From Paraglomus brasilianum (lineage: Eukaryota): 53,143 nt of DNA. Each line of letters starts with the position of its first letter. Within the stretch, counting starts at the first letter, position 1. A program made the translations under genes and the position numbers. The notes under the pieces are model-generated. The model was not told the origin of the DNA, searched no databases, and worked only from the letters and a program-made list of their open reading frames with translations. Where the stretch lies: NCBI GenBank assembly GCA_910592345.1, contig CAJVPI010000110.1, positions 1-53,143 on the forward strand, in the 5' to 3' direction. Below, in pieces: positions 27,300-40,320 of the stretch.

Positions 27300-28790
27300 T
27301 TACCAAGTCCTGGTAGAATGTTAATTGCATTACCCAATTGCTTGTATTTTTACCAGCAGAATCGAGTAATAAATCGGTCTATCGTGATTTTATCGCAAGT
27401 CTTGAAGACAATAACACGTTGAAATTGTTAAAATGCATTCCGCAAGTTTATTACTCATAAAAGTCAAAAAGACAGATGACAATAGATTCACATACTGCTA
27501 CACTACACCAACCAAGCTTCCATATTCAGATGTAAATCCTTCAGTTGGATGGCTGCAATTAGTATTAGTGTCACTTCTGCAATGTTCACCAGAAGAATTG
27601 GGATGGGTTGATTTCATATTCAAGCAGAATTTCAGTTGCAGAACAGTATCTCTGATTCAACTGCTTAGTATTAGCATGGGCAGAACCAGTATTAGTATTG
27701 TTTATGAAGGATTTGAGGATAAAGGAGTAGCTGTCAAAATGGCAAAGAGTGACAAATATCAAGGAGTGCATCAACTGTGAGAATGAAGTATTGCAAAAAC
27801 TAACCAGTCTTCAGTTTGCACATTACAGTACAAATGCTTTGGTCATGGAACCTCTCTGTGAAAAGGTCCCAATTTGTGAAAGGAAGATGTAATAATAACA
27901 AACATAATCACAGGACTCAAAATGGTATATTCTGGTTTCAACTACAGTCAACCTGGTTATAATGAATTCAGAGAAATATTCCTTATAACCAGAAATTCCT
28001 TATAACCAGAAATTCCTTATAACCAGAAATTCCTTATAACCAAGGTTACTTTTATGGTGAAGACTATAATTGTTTTATAATTAGGTTCATTATATCCAAA
28101 CCAATGTTTTTATTAATGCTAAATTATCGATCAACTTTAGTTAAATTCATATCCCTATAATAATAACAAACTTATAGAGGAATAATTGGAAAATTTTGTA
28201 TATCTATTTCTAATTATTAATGAAGTACTGCTCCAATTGCATCTGTACTTTTTTAGACATAATATTATTGAGAATATTATTTTTAATACTGTTAAGCTAT
28301 GATTTTGGTTACACCAACGTTTATAACGAATATCTATCTGTTGGCACGTTACGTTGTTCTGACAAATCTTCGTTATAAGCATTATAACCAGGTTTCTTAA
28401 TGAAATTCGCTATAACTAGCCAGATACTCAAAAATGATTGGCTTAAGAGAAAATCTTCATTATAAACAGATCTTCGTTATAACCAGGTTTGACTATACTG
28501 TACATACACAGAAGTACAATTTGGTCCGAGATCGCTTGGGCAGAATTGTCATAATTGATTGGGGATACAGTACGCAAATGCCAATTTGGTGGCCTTGTCA
28601 CGTGGCGAGAACATTACTAATACACCACGCATAGATCTTATTTCATTTGTTCGATCATTCTATCTAATGCTTCACAAACCGCAGGTGCAGAGGCTTTCAT
28701 TTGATGGTAATTCTGATATTCGATCGCGCGCTTTGAAGGCTCTCAATTTTGGTCTTCGTGGGGACAAAGTGGGATATGGCTAGATGCTAA
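27300..28790 (+). pseudogene. Protein kinase pseudogene (Crinkler-associated kinase type) interrupted by a MITE
   Basis: GRTSI..VYEG, VAVKMAK, ENEVLQKL, then IVIIDWGYS and PRIDLISFVRSFY after the insertion; frameshifts present. Confidence 0.75.
27945..28495. mobile_element. pogo/Tigger-type MITE
   Basis: TA|cagtcaacctggttataatgaa...ttcgttataaccaggtttgacta|TA. About four internal tandem 17-mers agaaattccttataacc (27978-28041). Confidence 0.88.
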
Positions 28791-30099
28791 AAGTAACCAT
28801 TAATATGGATAAATATTTTGTTAGACACCATTGTTTGTAATAACTGCTTCTATTCTCTGTGGTATACAGTACTTTCTATCAAGCCCATTAATTCCTTGAA
28901 ATCTTGTCCCATTCTTCACGCAGTGCAGTCTAGTATCAGGATTCTCTAACACAGCTGGTACAATAAATTCGATAATATAATTCCTGAGAGCGATTAATCT
29001 TTCGCGTAGGGGTGTTCTTCCGACCGGGGGATGTTTCCAGATTTAGCTTCGTGTTACCGCCCTTATTACTGAATTCTAAAATTGCGCGTTTCCTAACTCC
29101 CTATACGAGCTTCAGTCATTTGTAATCCAAATAAGGGCCTGCGACTAGAATAACAACAACAATTAATCTATGGCAGAATCGAAGGGGAATAAAATTCTAT
29201 TTAATAATTAAACAGGGCTATTTTTGATTTGATTTTTTTCGACTAGTCGGATTCCGTCACTTGTCTCTAATAGAAATAATTAAACAACATTTGTTTTCAA
29301 TAAATAATTATCGGCTCAATTAAGAGTAATGGATCAGCGGAAAACTTACACAGCTTGGTAGAGCCGTCTATTAGTGTGTCCGGTCAAATAATTAATATTT
29401 CAACGATAATAGAAAGTAAAATTTTTCAATTTCAAAGGGAATCGTTATTTGATTATTAATATTCCGTGGAATGGGTACTTGACAATGTTTACTACATAAA
29501 CGACAACATAAGAATTTGATGATGGGGCTTATATACCTTTAGCGACACTCAAAATCGAAACGGAAGTATAATTGTAATTTATAACAAACCAATAAAATCC
29601 CAAGTTAGCTAATGGCGTTTATGCTAGCACTCAAAAATCGACACGAAGTATCAACCATTAAATGTCGATCATGGGACTGTGGATGAAGATTTTTCCATGT
29701 GACTCGCTTATCTTCCATTTTCAAAGTCCAATCTCTCCTTTCAGTATACAATTTTCTTTATTGATTGCTAGAATAAATTTGTGAACTGGGCACACAAGAA
29801 GAAATCTCCATTTTATGTAAATTCAGTTGTTTTTGGTATATTAGTTTTTTTTTTAACAATTTTTTAACAGTACTCGTTAGAATGTTGATTTCATTGGTCA
29901 ATTTTAAATTAAGTTACCTCAGACCAGGACAAGTAGCAAGACTGTCCTGTACTTTGTAATAGTATGCGAGTCAGTTCTTCTAATAAACTTTGAGCAGTCG
30001 GCTAATTTTGACATTAATTTCCTATTTTTTGACCAAGGGATGTTGGAAGTTTATTCTTTGATATTTATTTACAAATAACATGAAACTTTTTTTTTAAAA

Positions 30100-30198
30100 C
30101 CAAAACAATAAGATATTAAAATTTGAGACATAATTATTATGCATAATTTTGCGTAATTAATAAATTTAGATGTGCAAGACTTTTGTCCAGGTCGTGTA
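30100..30198 (+). mobile_element. Orphan TIR of the same Tc1 family as the TatD-intron element
   Basis: aaaatttgagacataattattatg...tgtgcaagacttttgtccaggtcgtg|ta is the near-exact reverse complement of 18932-19010. Confidence 0.8.
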
Positions 30199-30980
30199 TG
30201 TTGTACCTCGGTTTGGGATCCTGTCTCAGTTCTGGACTGAGGTGTCCGAGTTCTAGACTGAGATGGTCCCAAACTGATGTAAAACATATTCAGCAGGGGA
30301 AAGACGGGATCGTAACTTGTCAAGCAGATATGTGATTAGCACAACCGTGGTATTATAAATAAAGACACCACCATACGCTTTGTTTCATTAAAAAAGACCA
30401 AGATTGTAAGATCGAAATATCAAATTGATGTAATCTGCGCTCTAACGGGTTTATCGAATTTACCAAGTGCATGCACATGCGCAATTTTGCGATACCTAAA
30501 CAACAAGGCTGACTTGTTTAGCGATGATTAGTATAATAAGGATGTGGTAGCAACCTTAGTGACAAAGCACATAAAAAAGCAATTTGGCGACGGCCATTAC
30601 ACAATAAACAAGTTGTTACTTTTGGCGCGACGAGACAAGCGCAAGGAAAAGTCTATTTGTGACATGCTTTCTGAGCTCCAGCGCGCCTAGATTTCGATTC
30701 TCCAGCACAGTGATTGATTGAAGTAACATTAACATTGGCACTTGAATGTGTGACACTTTATTTAAATATGCGCCATTACTGTGAATGCCAAGCGTATTAT
30801 GCGTTAAACAATGAGAGGATACAGTACAAACAACAAATTAAATGTGTCTGTAATGTCTTGTATAACATTTTGTTTGTGACATGGCGAACTCCAATAACAA
30901 TACCAATTCACTCTTCTTATATTTACTGTTGTAACTACATGTACGTGTATGCAGCATTCGCCAGATTTACACATTAAACG

Positions 30981-31016
<36 letters not shown>
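30981..31016. repeat. (ATT)n microsatellite
   Basis: About 12 perfect ATT units. Confidence 0.95.
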
Positions 31017-31017
<1 letters not shown>

Positions 31018-32346
31018 GCGTCTAATTTACTCGAGAAATTAATAATAAATTTTGAACTTAATTTCATTACATTGTAACTTTTTAAAATTGCCTTTGTATT
31101 TGAAGTACATTTTGGAATAATAGAATCTAACGCCGCATAGTAAGAATAGCTAGAATAATTTTCAATTCTTATAGAGAGTCACGGATACATTAATATCCTT
31201 TTTTACTAATAATAAAATGCATAGCATTTACTTTACTTGACTAATAACTTGCAACAATTGAACATGCTCTTTGCACTCATTATTAATAATATTAAAATCT
31301 TAGGGAAAAAAGTATATTCGGAATGTGAGTCTCATTGATAACCAAGTTGGGGCATCTTGGTATCATCGATCTGGAAAAGTAATATGAAACGATCGTAGCC
31401 AAAACAAATAAATGCATACTTCTATTGTCAGCATGCAATGAGTACAAAATGACATGCAAATTTGGTAAGTACACTTTGCGGGCGATATAAGCTAAATGAG
31501 GAAGTTACGAAATGCTCCTAACTATATTAGAAATAGATTCTCTCATTCTTTACCAAGTCGACCCAAGTTGAATGCTAGCCGTAAATCGACATGTAAATAT
31601 TGTAACCGCTTAATATTAAAGGCTTTGTCACTAATTAATAAGCAGTTATCGTGCGCGGGATCGACATTTGCACCAGGAATTCCATAACTGGAAATATAAA
31701 AGAAATTTCGTTAGTGACATTTTCATTCGCTCAACAGAATGCGTACGCACCCGTACAATTACATTTTCGTATTTGGTATTACACATATATGATAAAATAG
31801 GTGTTAATGGTGGAATAAAAGCAGTTAGCAAAGATCGCAGATAAAAGTATTTTCTAATGAGATGAGTATTTCGTTTGCCGACACATCTTGTATAACGAAA
31901 ATAAGACGATCTCAAACATAAATATAAAGCCAAACTTATTATGGAGCTTCCTTATGCAAATTAGTCCTTTTCCGAGTTCTCTATCCGAACCATCCTTGCA
32001 TTCTTGACACAATTGTCAACCCCAAGTAATGAAATTATACCTCATTCCAAGCGCTATCAAAAGTAATCAAGCGATCGTACGTCATCCATATAATATAAAC
32101 TTCCGAACCAACCATAATACGTGGAAACAATAAGGAAAATTTTACCCCAAAAAAATTTACCAAGACACATAAACCTCATTTAGACTCAAGGCATTAACAT
32201 ATGGACAACGGTTGTAAACGCTTAAAGTTGATAATGTATTGGAACTGTTGAAGAAATCCGTAATATGAAGCCAAGTCTGTGTTTCAAATTGCAGTTACTA
32301 GAATTTTGTGATGCTTCTTCCTCTCCCGTTTACGCGGAATTTGATA

Positions 32347-32736
32347 TTAAGGAAATAATACCGTAGATTCAATACATTCTTTCAGTTGCCAAGAAAATGT
32401 TCCAGGGCCGCCAATTTCTAGAACAGTGGTTAATGGGAGATTGGCTGACGCTTTGTAGTCTGTGGGGTCGAAAAGTTCGGGACTAGGTGTGTTTCTTATC
32501 GGGCACCCGTATAAATAAAGAGCGTAAGCTATTACTATTGCCAAAGCCTAAACCAAATTAGACAATAAGGTTTGTGAAGTAACCTTTTTTGCTTGAAAAT
32601 CCTCCTTCAAGGAAAGGTCAAGTGGAATGACAAGTGTTATGGTGTCATCGACCTTTTGATATAACGTAAAGGCTTTAAACCCGTCACAACTATGTTTGTA
32701 ATCAAATCGTATTACATAATAGAGTGTTCTATGCAC
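32347..32736 (-). pseudogene. Possible membrane-protein gene fragment
   Basis: Two ORFs in frame across one TAG: QTLLSNLV*ALAIVIAYALYLYG, a hydrophobic helix. Family not securely recognised. Confidence 0.3.
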
Positions 32737-35700
32737 AAGCTAAAAATAAGGTTATAAAGCGGTCTGACAATAAGTGTCACGTTACTTCTAAAAAGACGGG
32801 AGCCGAATGCATTGAAGTATGCTTTCAGTTATCGAACCCCGATCGTCTTACAAAAATAGAGGAATTTGCCGAGATAAATAAATGAAATTGTTCATGGTGC
32901 ATATTATAATCGTTGGGTTTCTTCCAATAAAATGTCATTTGATTAGTCATTCAACAAATAAATGTTTAAGGGATATCTTTATTAATAGACAAGTAATATA
33001 ATTATATAGATGAAAAAATGGAGAAGTAATATAAAGTATTTATAATTTAAAAGTGGGTCGCTTTTTTCTTTCCATCGGAACTCGATATTATGTACAATCA
33101 AAGACTTAGCAAAGTTTCCATTTATCTTTCCTCAACTATATTTACAAGTTAGAAGGAACAGGCACAATTCCGGAGGGGGAGTATAACGAACATAGGAAAA
33201 GATTAAAAAAAGGAGTAAAAAGAAAATATACAGACGACGAGTGAATTCTTCCCTGCTTATGGATTCACTCGACGCATGAAAAAATCGTAAGCATATAGCT
33301 CAAACAAAATTGAGCGAAGAGGAAAATTTAAATCGTTTATATTTTTGATGTGATGGGTAACGATATATGCGTTACTTGTTAGGATCCATAGTTGAAACAA
33401 GTCGAAAGACCGTGATTGATTATGATGTTGATATATGACCGATAAAACATGTTACGATGTTGATGACACTCGTTTGATACGCACTTTCATTTTGCCGATA
33501 GCAATAGAGTCGATTCGATGTTGAATAGTCGTCGTGTATTGTCATCATATGTTATAAACGTTGGAGATGTTTTTCTTGTTGATTGTTATCCGCGTAAATC
33601 GATGCGAGTAGTTCTTATAATGTCCATACATGTAGTATGGGACATCGAGGTGTCATAAGTAGAGTTGGTTGGAAGGGGTGTGAGTATTGATCATTTTTCA
33701 CAGAAAAAAAAAATGATGGGAAGCAATGTCGGTGGGCGGGTGGGTGTGTTTATATACATTAGTTTTTGAGAATCTATCTGCAGATTAGCAAGCACAAAAG
33801 TAAACAGAAAATACAAATAATAGATTATGATAAGCGTACGTATAGATAGTATATATACTTATTATTTGATATCATTATTATTAACTATTTATTAACTATA
33901 TTGGTAAATAAGCTGTTGATCAACAATGTATTTAATATCTTTGTTTGGTACGGGATACTCATTTTCATTTTCGTTCTTATTCTCATTCTCTTGTTCTTTG
34001 TCTATCTCGTCCATTTCCAATGTATTCTCCTTGTCGCTCTTTGCCAATATCAGTAAAATTGTTCGCTAATCTTAGTCTTGATCCACAATGGAAAAAAAAC
34101 AACGTTGTCACGTGTATAAATATGAACTTTGCGCATTGACTATACCGTGAGAAGAAGATCATCCGTTCTAAACAGCAATCTATGTAGGTTGATCGCAATC
34201 GGAACAAAGGAATGCTGGGCGCTTCGATGGCTTGAAGTAAATGGAAGCCTGCAACAATTGAAACGCCGACCAGAAGTGTAGTCTGATTGTGTGATAGGGC
34301 AGAGTTGCATTAATAATTGATGTTACTACAACTTATCTCAATCATACGCGAAAATTTATAGACATTGTTACTACGCACCTATTGTTCGGACCGATTAAAT
34401 GACAACAAATATAAACTTTTACACTTAATTCAATGCTCGGAGGCATCCGTCCGTTGTATGCATACTACATTGTCGATGATTGTGTGAGAATATTTGAATC
34501 TTATCGGAGCATGAGTAATCATGCCGGATTTTGTGTTCATGTGACGATAGCCTGCATAATTAAGGTGCGCCTAGAATGTCTTCGTTCCTCAACAGGATTG
34601 CGAGGAAATCCGCAAGGTTATTAATAACAAATACCGTATCATATGCACGTAATATGAAATATATAGATGGATATATTCACAAGTCAAATACATGAATCGT
34701 CACTGTACACGTAATATACTCATTTATGCTGCCAATCATGATCATCAATTAATTTCCGGATCAGAGATAAAGGACAGCATGACTACCTATGGGCTAAGTA
34801 TGGTGATATGAATAGTCATTATAAAAAGAATAGATCTGTTAACCTGCATTTGTCCTACACTCATCCCAGAAGCCTCCTACCTAGTACAAAAGGCTAAAAC
34901 CTATTTCGTAAAATAGTCGAGGGCATAGAACTGTGCTGTACGACACCCCAGTGTTATTCGCTCTTGATTAGTTTTTCGATAACTCAAAACCCGCATATCT
35001 GTTTATGTGTTCTAATTGGTGTATTTAGTGTACTTGCACACAATGGCAACTAAATACATGTAAAACCCGCAATAAAAAGTCGTCAACTACCGAACTCATT
35101 AGTTCTTATAAGGTTTCTTGTAACGGGGCTTATTTGTAATATTATTTATCTATTTATCTTTCGCTGTACATTAGAATCTGAACTATCCAAATATATATAA
35201 TTATCTATTTATATTTACTTGTTTTATTAATGCATTTATACATATTTATCCATACGAATGCGTCCCAAATGTTATGGCTAAATTCTTTTCCACCCAGGCC
35301 AGACCCAACACCTCCCTCCACCTTTCCCCTCACCCTCTCACCCCCCACAGTTCCACCAAAGGTAGCCTCCCCTCTTTTCTCACCAACCCGCTTTTGCTTT
35401 TGCCTAATTTCCCATGCCACCAAACACCTTCAGACTTCTTCATTTGGTACAACCACTCGTTAATCGCGCATAAGCTTTAATTTATTTGTCACACAGCACA
35501 ATACATTCCCCGCCCAACGTACCAATTAGGAAACAGACAATGATGAAAAATTACTGGTTTTAATCTCTCGTTGCAGGATCTTGTCATTCCATTGGTCACG
35601 CGAGACCAATTTCGTTTTGTTATTTCACATGATTTATTCAGCAACCTTGATGTTTATATGAGTTGTTGTTTCTCAGTGATCAAGTGTTGGAAGAAGAAGC

Positions 35701-35829
35701 CATAATAATCTGTACTTCGAAAACTAGACTTAATTCATTAAAGAGCAATCATTCAATAAAGATCACTGGGAGATATTCGCCTTGTACCCAAAGTACTTCA
35801 ATTGACTTTCTATTTCATGCATTAGTAGA

Positions 35830-37859
35830 ATGTCTACTGTAAATGCTGCAAAGTGTTCTCTCGAATTCACAATCTATAATGCTGATATTTTGGGTGGCCC
35901 CATATGTACACCTCCATTCGCAAGCTCGATTAATCATCTTTGGCAATTGAAGTTTGATCCGGTGAGTAAAACGTGCAAATCGTTGTAAATATTAGACGCG
36001 TTTTCAATATATACGTCGAGACTCAACAACATTCCCATCCCCCATTCTGTAGAACTCACAAGATAGTCCTGCATATTGCTCTTTATTTCTATGCGCAATA
36101 CCAAATGACGAAGAAGAGAAATCGGAACTTGCGTGGACAAAACGACACAAATTTATCGCATCTTTATGGCTGAAAGATGCTGCTGCACAGCCTGGGTAGG
36201 ATTCATATGATCATCGTAAATAATACCTACAGAACATCATTCCATTAAAACTCTTTGCGTTTATCATATTTCTCTAATCTCATATCCCATCATTCTAACA
36301 GTTGGAGAAACATAATTGATCCAGTAGAGTTGAATATGGAAAATTATTGTAAAGAAAAACCAGTCTGGGGATTTTCCCGTTTCGTTCGCAAGTCACAGGT
36401 CCCAAAAGAGATATCCATTGGAATTTCTCTTCAGGGTCTTGCCATGTCAACCGATCGCATTACTGTGCCTGTGTCTCGCTCGATCCTGCCCACGAACCTG
36501 ATCGAAGCCTGGGAAGATGATATCAATAACATGGACATTTCTGACATCAAGTTTGTTGTTAAAGGACGACCTATTTACGCAAGAACCTCTATCCTTCGTA
36601 GGAGATCGGAATACTTTGACGCTTTATTAAGAGAGGACAATGGAGCACGAACAACAGGAAGACTACCCAACAACCATAGAAGATCTTCTTTTGCCAGTCA
36701 CGACGCTGATATCGAGTCACTTGCATCAACCGGAACGTTTTCACATGTAATTACTATTGACGATATACAGCCAGAAACTTTTTTAGAGATGCTTAGATTT
36801 CTATATACAAATCAAGTTAGTTTTAGTTATAACGAAGGATCAGGTAGAACAGTTCTGGACTTGATAGTGGTCGCCGATAAATATCGTCTTTACGATCTCA
36901 AACAAGCAGCAATCGACGAATTGACTAGGAATATAAAGACGAGCCGAATTATTGATACACTTGCATCAATTGTACACAAGGTAGCTGGATTCAAACAGGA
37001 CATGGTCGATATTGTACTCAGAAATTATTCTCAACGGAAAGCCGTATCGGTATTAAAGCAGATTAGTAAACTATTGGCAGTGAAAAAACAGCAACAATCA
37101 TTGCAATTGATCGGCCAGAAAGGGTTTGGTAAATATATGGATCATTGTAGAGCACAAATGGCCGAATGTGATGATACCGAATTGATGAGATTCTGGGCAG
37201 AGAGAACCGTCGACGCACAGATTGTATATTCACTCGTTGATTTTGATGACGAGTTGTGGAAAAAAGTGGCTGGACTATCATTACAGGAAGCTCAATCTGT
37301 TATCGATGATCTTCGCAAAGAAGGTTCTGACAGATTTAACGATTCACAAGAGTATAGGCAAGATAGGCTGGCTAGTGCAGACAGCAGTGGGACTAACGAA
37401 TGGGTAATTCCGTCATCTCCTGTCGATTTTCTCCAACACGATAGTCCTCGTATTCGTCCTCAAGATGGCCAATACCTTCGCAATGATCGATCAACTCATC
37501 GCAGTACATCTTGTGCACCAAGCGCGAGTCGAGCACCTAATCAACATACTGCCCGAAGTCGAAGTGCGAGCGTCTCTCGCAGTCGCAACGGACAGGATCG
37601 GAACAAATCTTATGAGCAGATTGTTAGTAGGGGAAGGAATCGAATGGTTAGGGGGAGTATTAATGGACTAGATTGTATCGATAGTAGAGAGGTAGCCGAG
37701 TATCACGAAGATGAGAACGATGGATGTATAGAGAATACCGAAGATATATACCGAATGGAGTCAAATGATGCATACGAGGATGAAGGTCATTATCGAAATG
37801 ATGGCCGTTCGCAACCGGCTGCCGGAAACTATAGCATCGAGAGATTTTTGAGAGAATAA
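35830..37859 (+). CDS. MATH-like + BTB/POZ domain protein, 3 exons (35830-35961, 36053-36195, 36302-37859)
   Basis: N-terminal EFTI..TPPF..WQLKF..YCSLFL..WGFSRF; BTB SDIKFVVKGRPIYA..ILRRRSEYF, FLEMLRFLYT, ADKYRLYDLK; low-complexity R/S tail. Confidence 0.9.
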
Positions 37860-38133
37860 CATTTGTCAGAGTTTGGCATTGAACATATCTTGTGTGTAAT
37901 TCTGGATTGTGAATTTTTTTAGGTTATACATTCTATTGTAATTATATTCCGTCAATATATCATAACATTAATTCTATTGTCTATTCTGTAACTACTTTTT
38001 AAAGTCTTTGCAAGATAATCTTTTGCAGAATAGTTTTTTTACAAGTCTTTTTGCATTAATGTTACCGACTTTTATAGATGCCCAGCGTATTTTTTTTTTT
38101 CGTACCAGTATTCGGCTGTTACGCTCACTTTTT

Positions 38134-40320
38134 TTATAGACCTTTCTTATGTCCCTCATCGACCTTAACCACTTGTCCGCTATTTTTGGCCTTTGGGTCT
38201 CTCAACAGATTCGACTCTAATCGACACACTAGAGCAACCACAGTTAATATTGTCCATACAAAATGCTTGTCGAATGGAAACCCAAACGAAGACTGGATAG
38301 ACAATGCAAAGAGTGTGCCGGCTGATGCGGGGCCAAGCGCACGCACGCCTGAACCCATTGTCTGAGTCAAACCGTGGACACTTCCCAGTTGAGCTTTGGA
38401 TGGGGCTACATTAGTCACCTACACAACGCAAGGAGTGGTTAGATAAAAACAGTATTTACATGTTAGTAACTCGGCAGGGGCGCATACCACAGCCCGTTTA
38501 TATAGTCGCTCATTCAATAGCTTGTTCCAGTCAATATTACTACACTTACCAAAATCATAGAACTAGTAAACGCTGTAACACAACAAATCCTGTTTCCAAA
38601 GACGAATATCAATAGAACCGGCCATAACCATCCACTTGTTATCGCTCCCTCTTCAATTTTCTTTGCAACAACGTTAACAAATGGCTGGAAGAAATATACT
38701 AGTATATATCCACTTAATGCAGCTTTATAGCCATTCAATGTTCCGAATCTTCGCTGTGTTTTAGGATACACGAATAACTGCCAGAACAAAGTAAATCCCC
38801 CAGCACAACTCAGAGATATTCCAATTTCTTTAGTACTAAATCCAAGTCCACCAAACTTGACGGGAGTCGCACACCAGAGATGGTAGATACCATCGTACAT
38901 TATCGTTTGCAGAGCCAAGAGCACGTAGCTTAGGACCGTCACCAAGACTGGCCTACAGAGAATGTCGCGGAATGGTGGATTTTCAGGAGGCGGGTCATCT
39001 TTAGGAAGAAGAGGAGCGCGTTCTTCCTTATCTACTGCATCAGAGCGCTCGAATAGAGTTGATTTTGATTTTTGTTTCTTCTTTGATTCAAGCGTCTGAT
39101 AAAAACAATTACGTGAATCTGAGTTCGATGGGGCCAACAAAATTCGAGATGTAGGATATTCGTTACCTCTTCAAGGAAGAAAAATCCAATTATTAATCCA
39201 AAGAGACAAATCAACGAAGCCACGAAACATGGTAGAAAGTAGGGGTATTTTTTTAGAAAGGGACAATTTCCAAATATTCCAGGGTACTGTTCCACAGGTT
39301 TTGCAAGAAATCCGCCCAACATAGGACCAATAATTATGCCGATGCCATACAAAAACGGCAAAAATGAAAAGGCCGTGGCTAAGGGTTTTGGTGTGACATA
39401 GAGTTAGAGTTAAATTGGTGTTACTCTTTATGTCTCTATATGGTTGGGCGTAACCAAATACGGAACTTCCTTCATACCTTGATTCGTTTCATCAGTTATT
39501 TCGGCCAACATACTCTTGATAACGCCTACATTTCCATTAAGAATTCCGCATAAGGAACGACTCAAGATCGCCCAAGTGAACGAAGTACTGAGACCGAAAA
39601 GCAGTGAACTCGTCATTGTGCCAAAGAGGCCAGTAAGGATCACAGGTCTCCTGCCTGTATGCATGAGGATGCGTAGATGGTGTTACCTCAATTAGTACTA
39701 ATATGGTCATTGATAAGATATCGATGTAGCGATAGGCAACACATTATTCGATCATACCGATTCTGTCGCTTAGAAAGCCCCACGGAAGTCCTATCGTAAT
39801 GAAATTTAATTAGCATTCTAAGATAATAGGAGCAGTGTAGCCCTTAATATTCTCCTATTTACCTGTGAAAAACTGACATAGAGCAAATGAGCTAGCTATG
39901 TATCCGACAAAGTACCCAATCTTCTTTGGGTCGTCCGTTAACTTGAAATCCTCAACCATCTGCAGGAAGCGATATCGAGTAGATGGTATAGTCAGCACAC
40001 AAGGTATTATGGACGGAGGGTAATGACTATTATGTTATATATACTTACAAAGTATAAGAAGGGTAATATATTTGTGAATGCAATTGGTTCCTGATGGTAG
40101 TTAAGAGTGATTGATAGTTGGAACAGCGTTAGAGACGAGTTAACAAAGTTGATATCTACTATGGGTCCTTATGTCATTAATCAATCTGATATAGCACTAT
40201 CATTACTGCTCTACATCCACTGATCAAATAAATCCTTACCGTAAAACGGCAACAGCACAGGATGAACAGCTGTTTCTTTGGTAAAGGAGTTATCGGTTGT
40301 TGATCCGTTGGTCGTGCCAT
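38134..40320 (-). CDS. MFS transporter (ZIFL1/YCR023C-like), about 8 exons
   Basis: TPLPKKQLFIL, LSDRIGRRPV (motif A), GILNGNVGVIKSMLAEITDETNQ, GPMLGG, KYPYFLPC, LGSVHG..RALGP. Confidence 0.93.

Noticed and set aside
27978..28041. 17-bp repeats (also 50515-50590) as CRISPR-like arrays
   Set aside because: No spacers; they are MITE subterminal tandem repeats.
35205..35480. Pro/Gly-rich ORFs in a C-rich tract
   Set aside because: Compositional artefact of a pyrimidine-rich, probably promoter, region.
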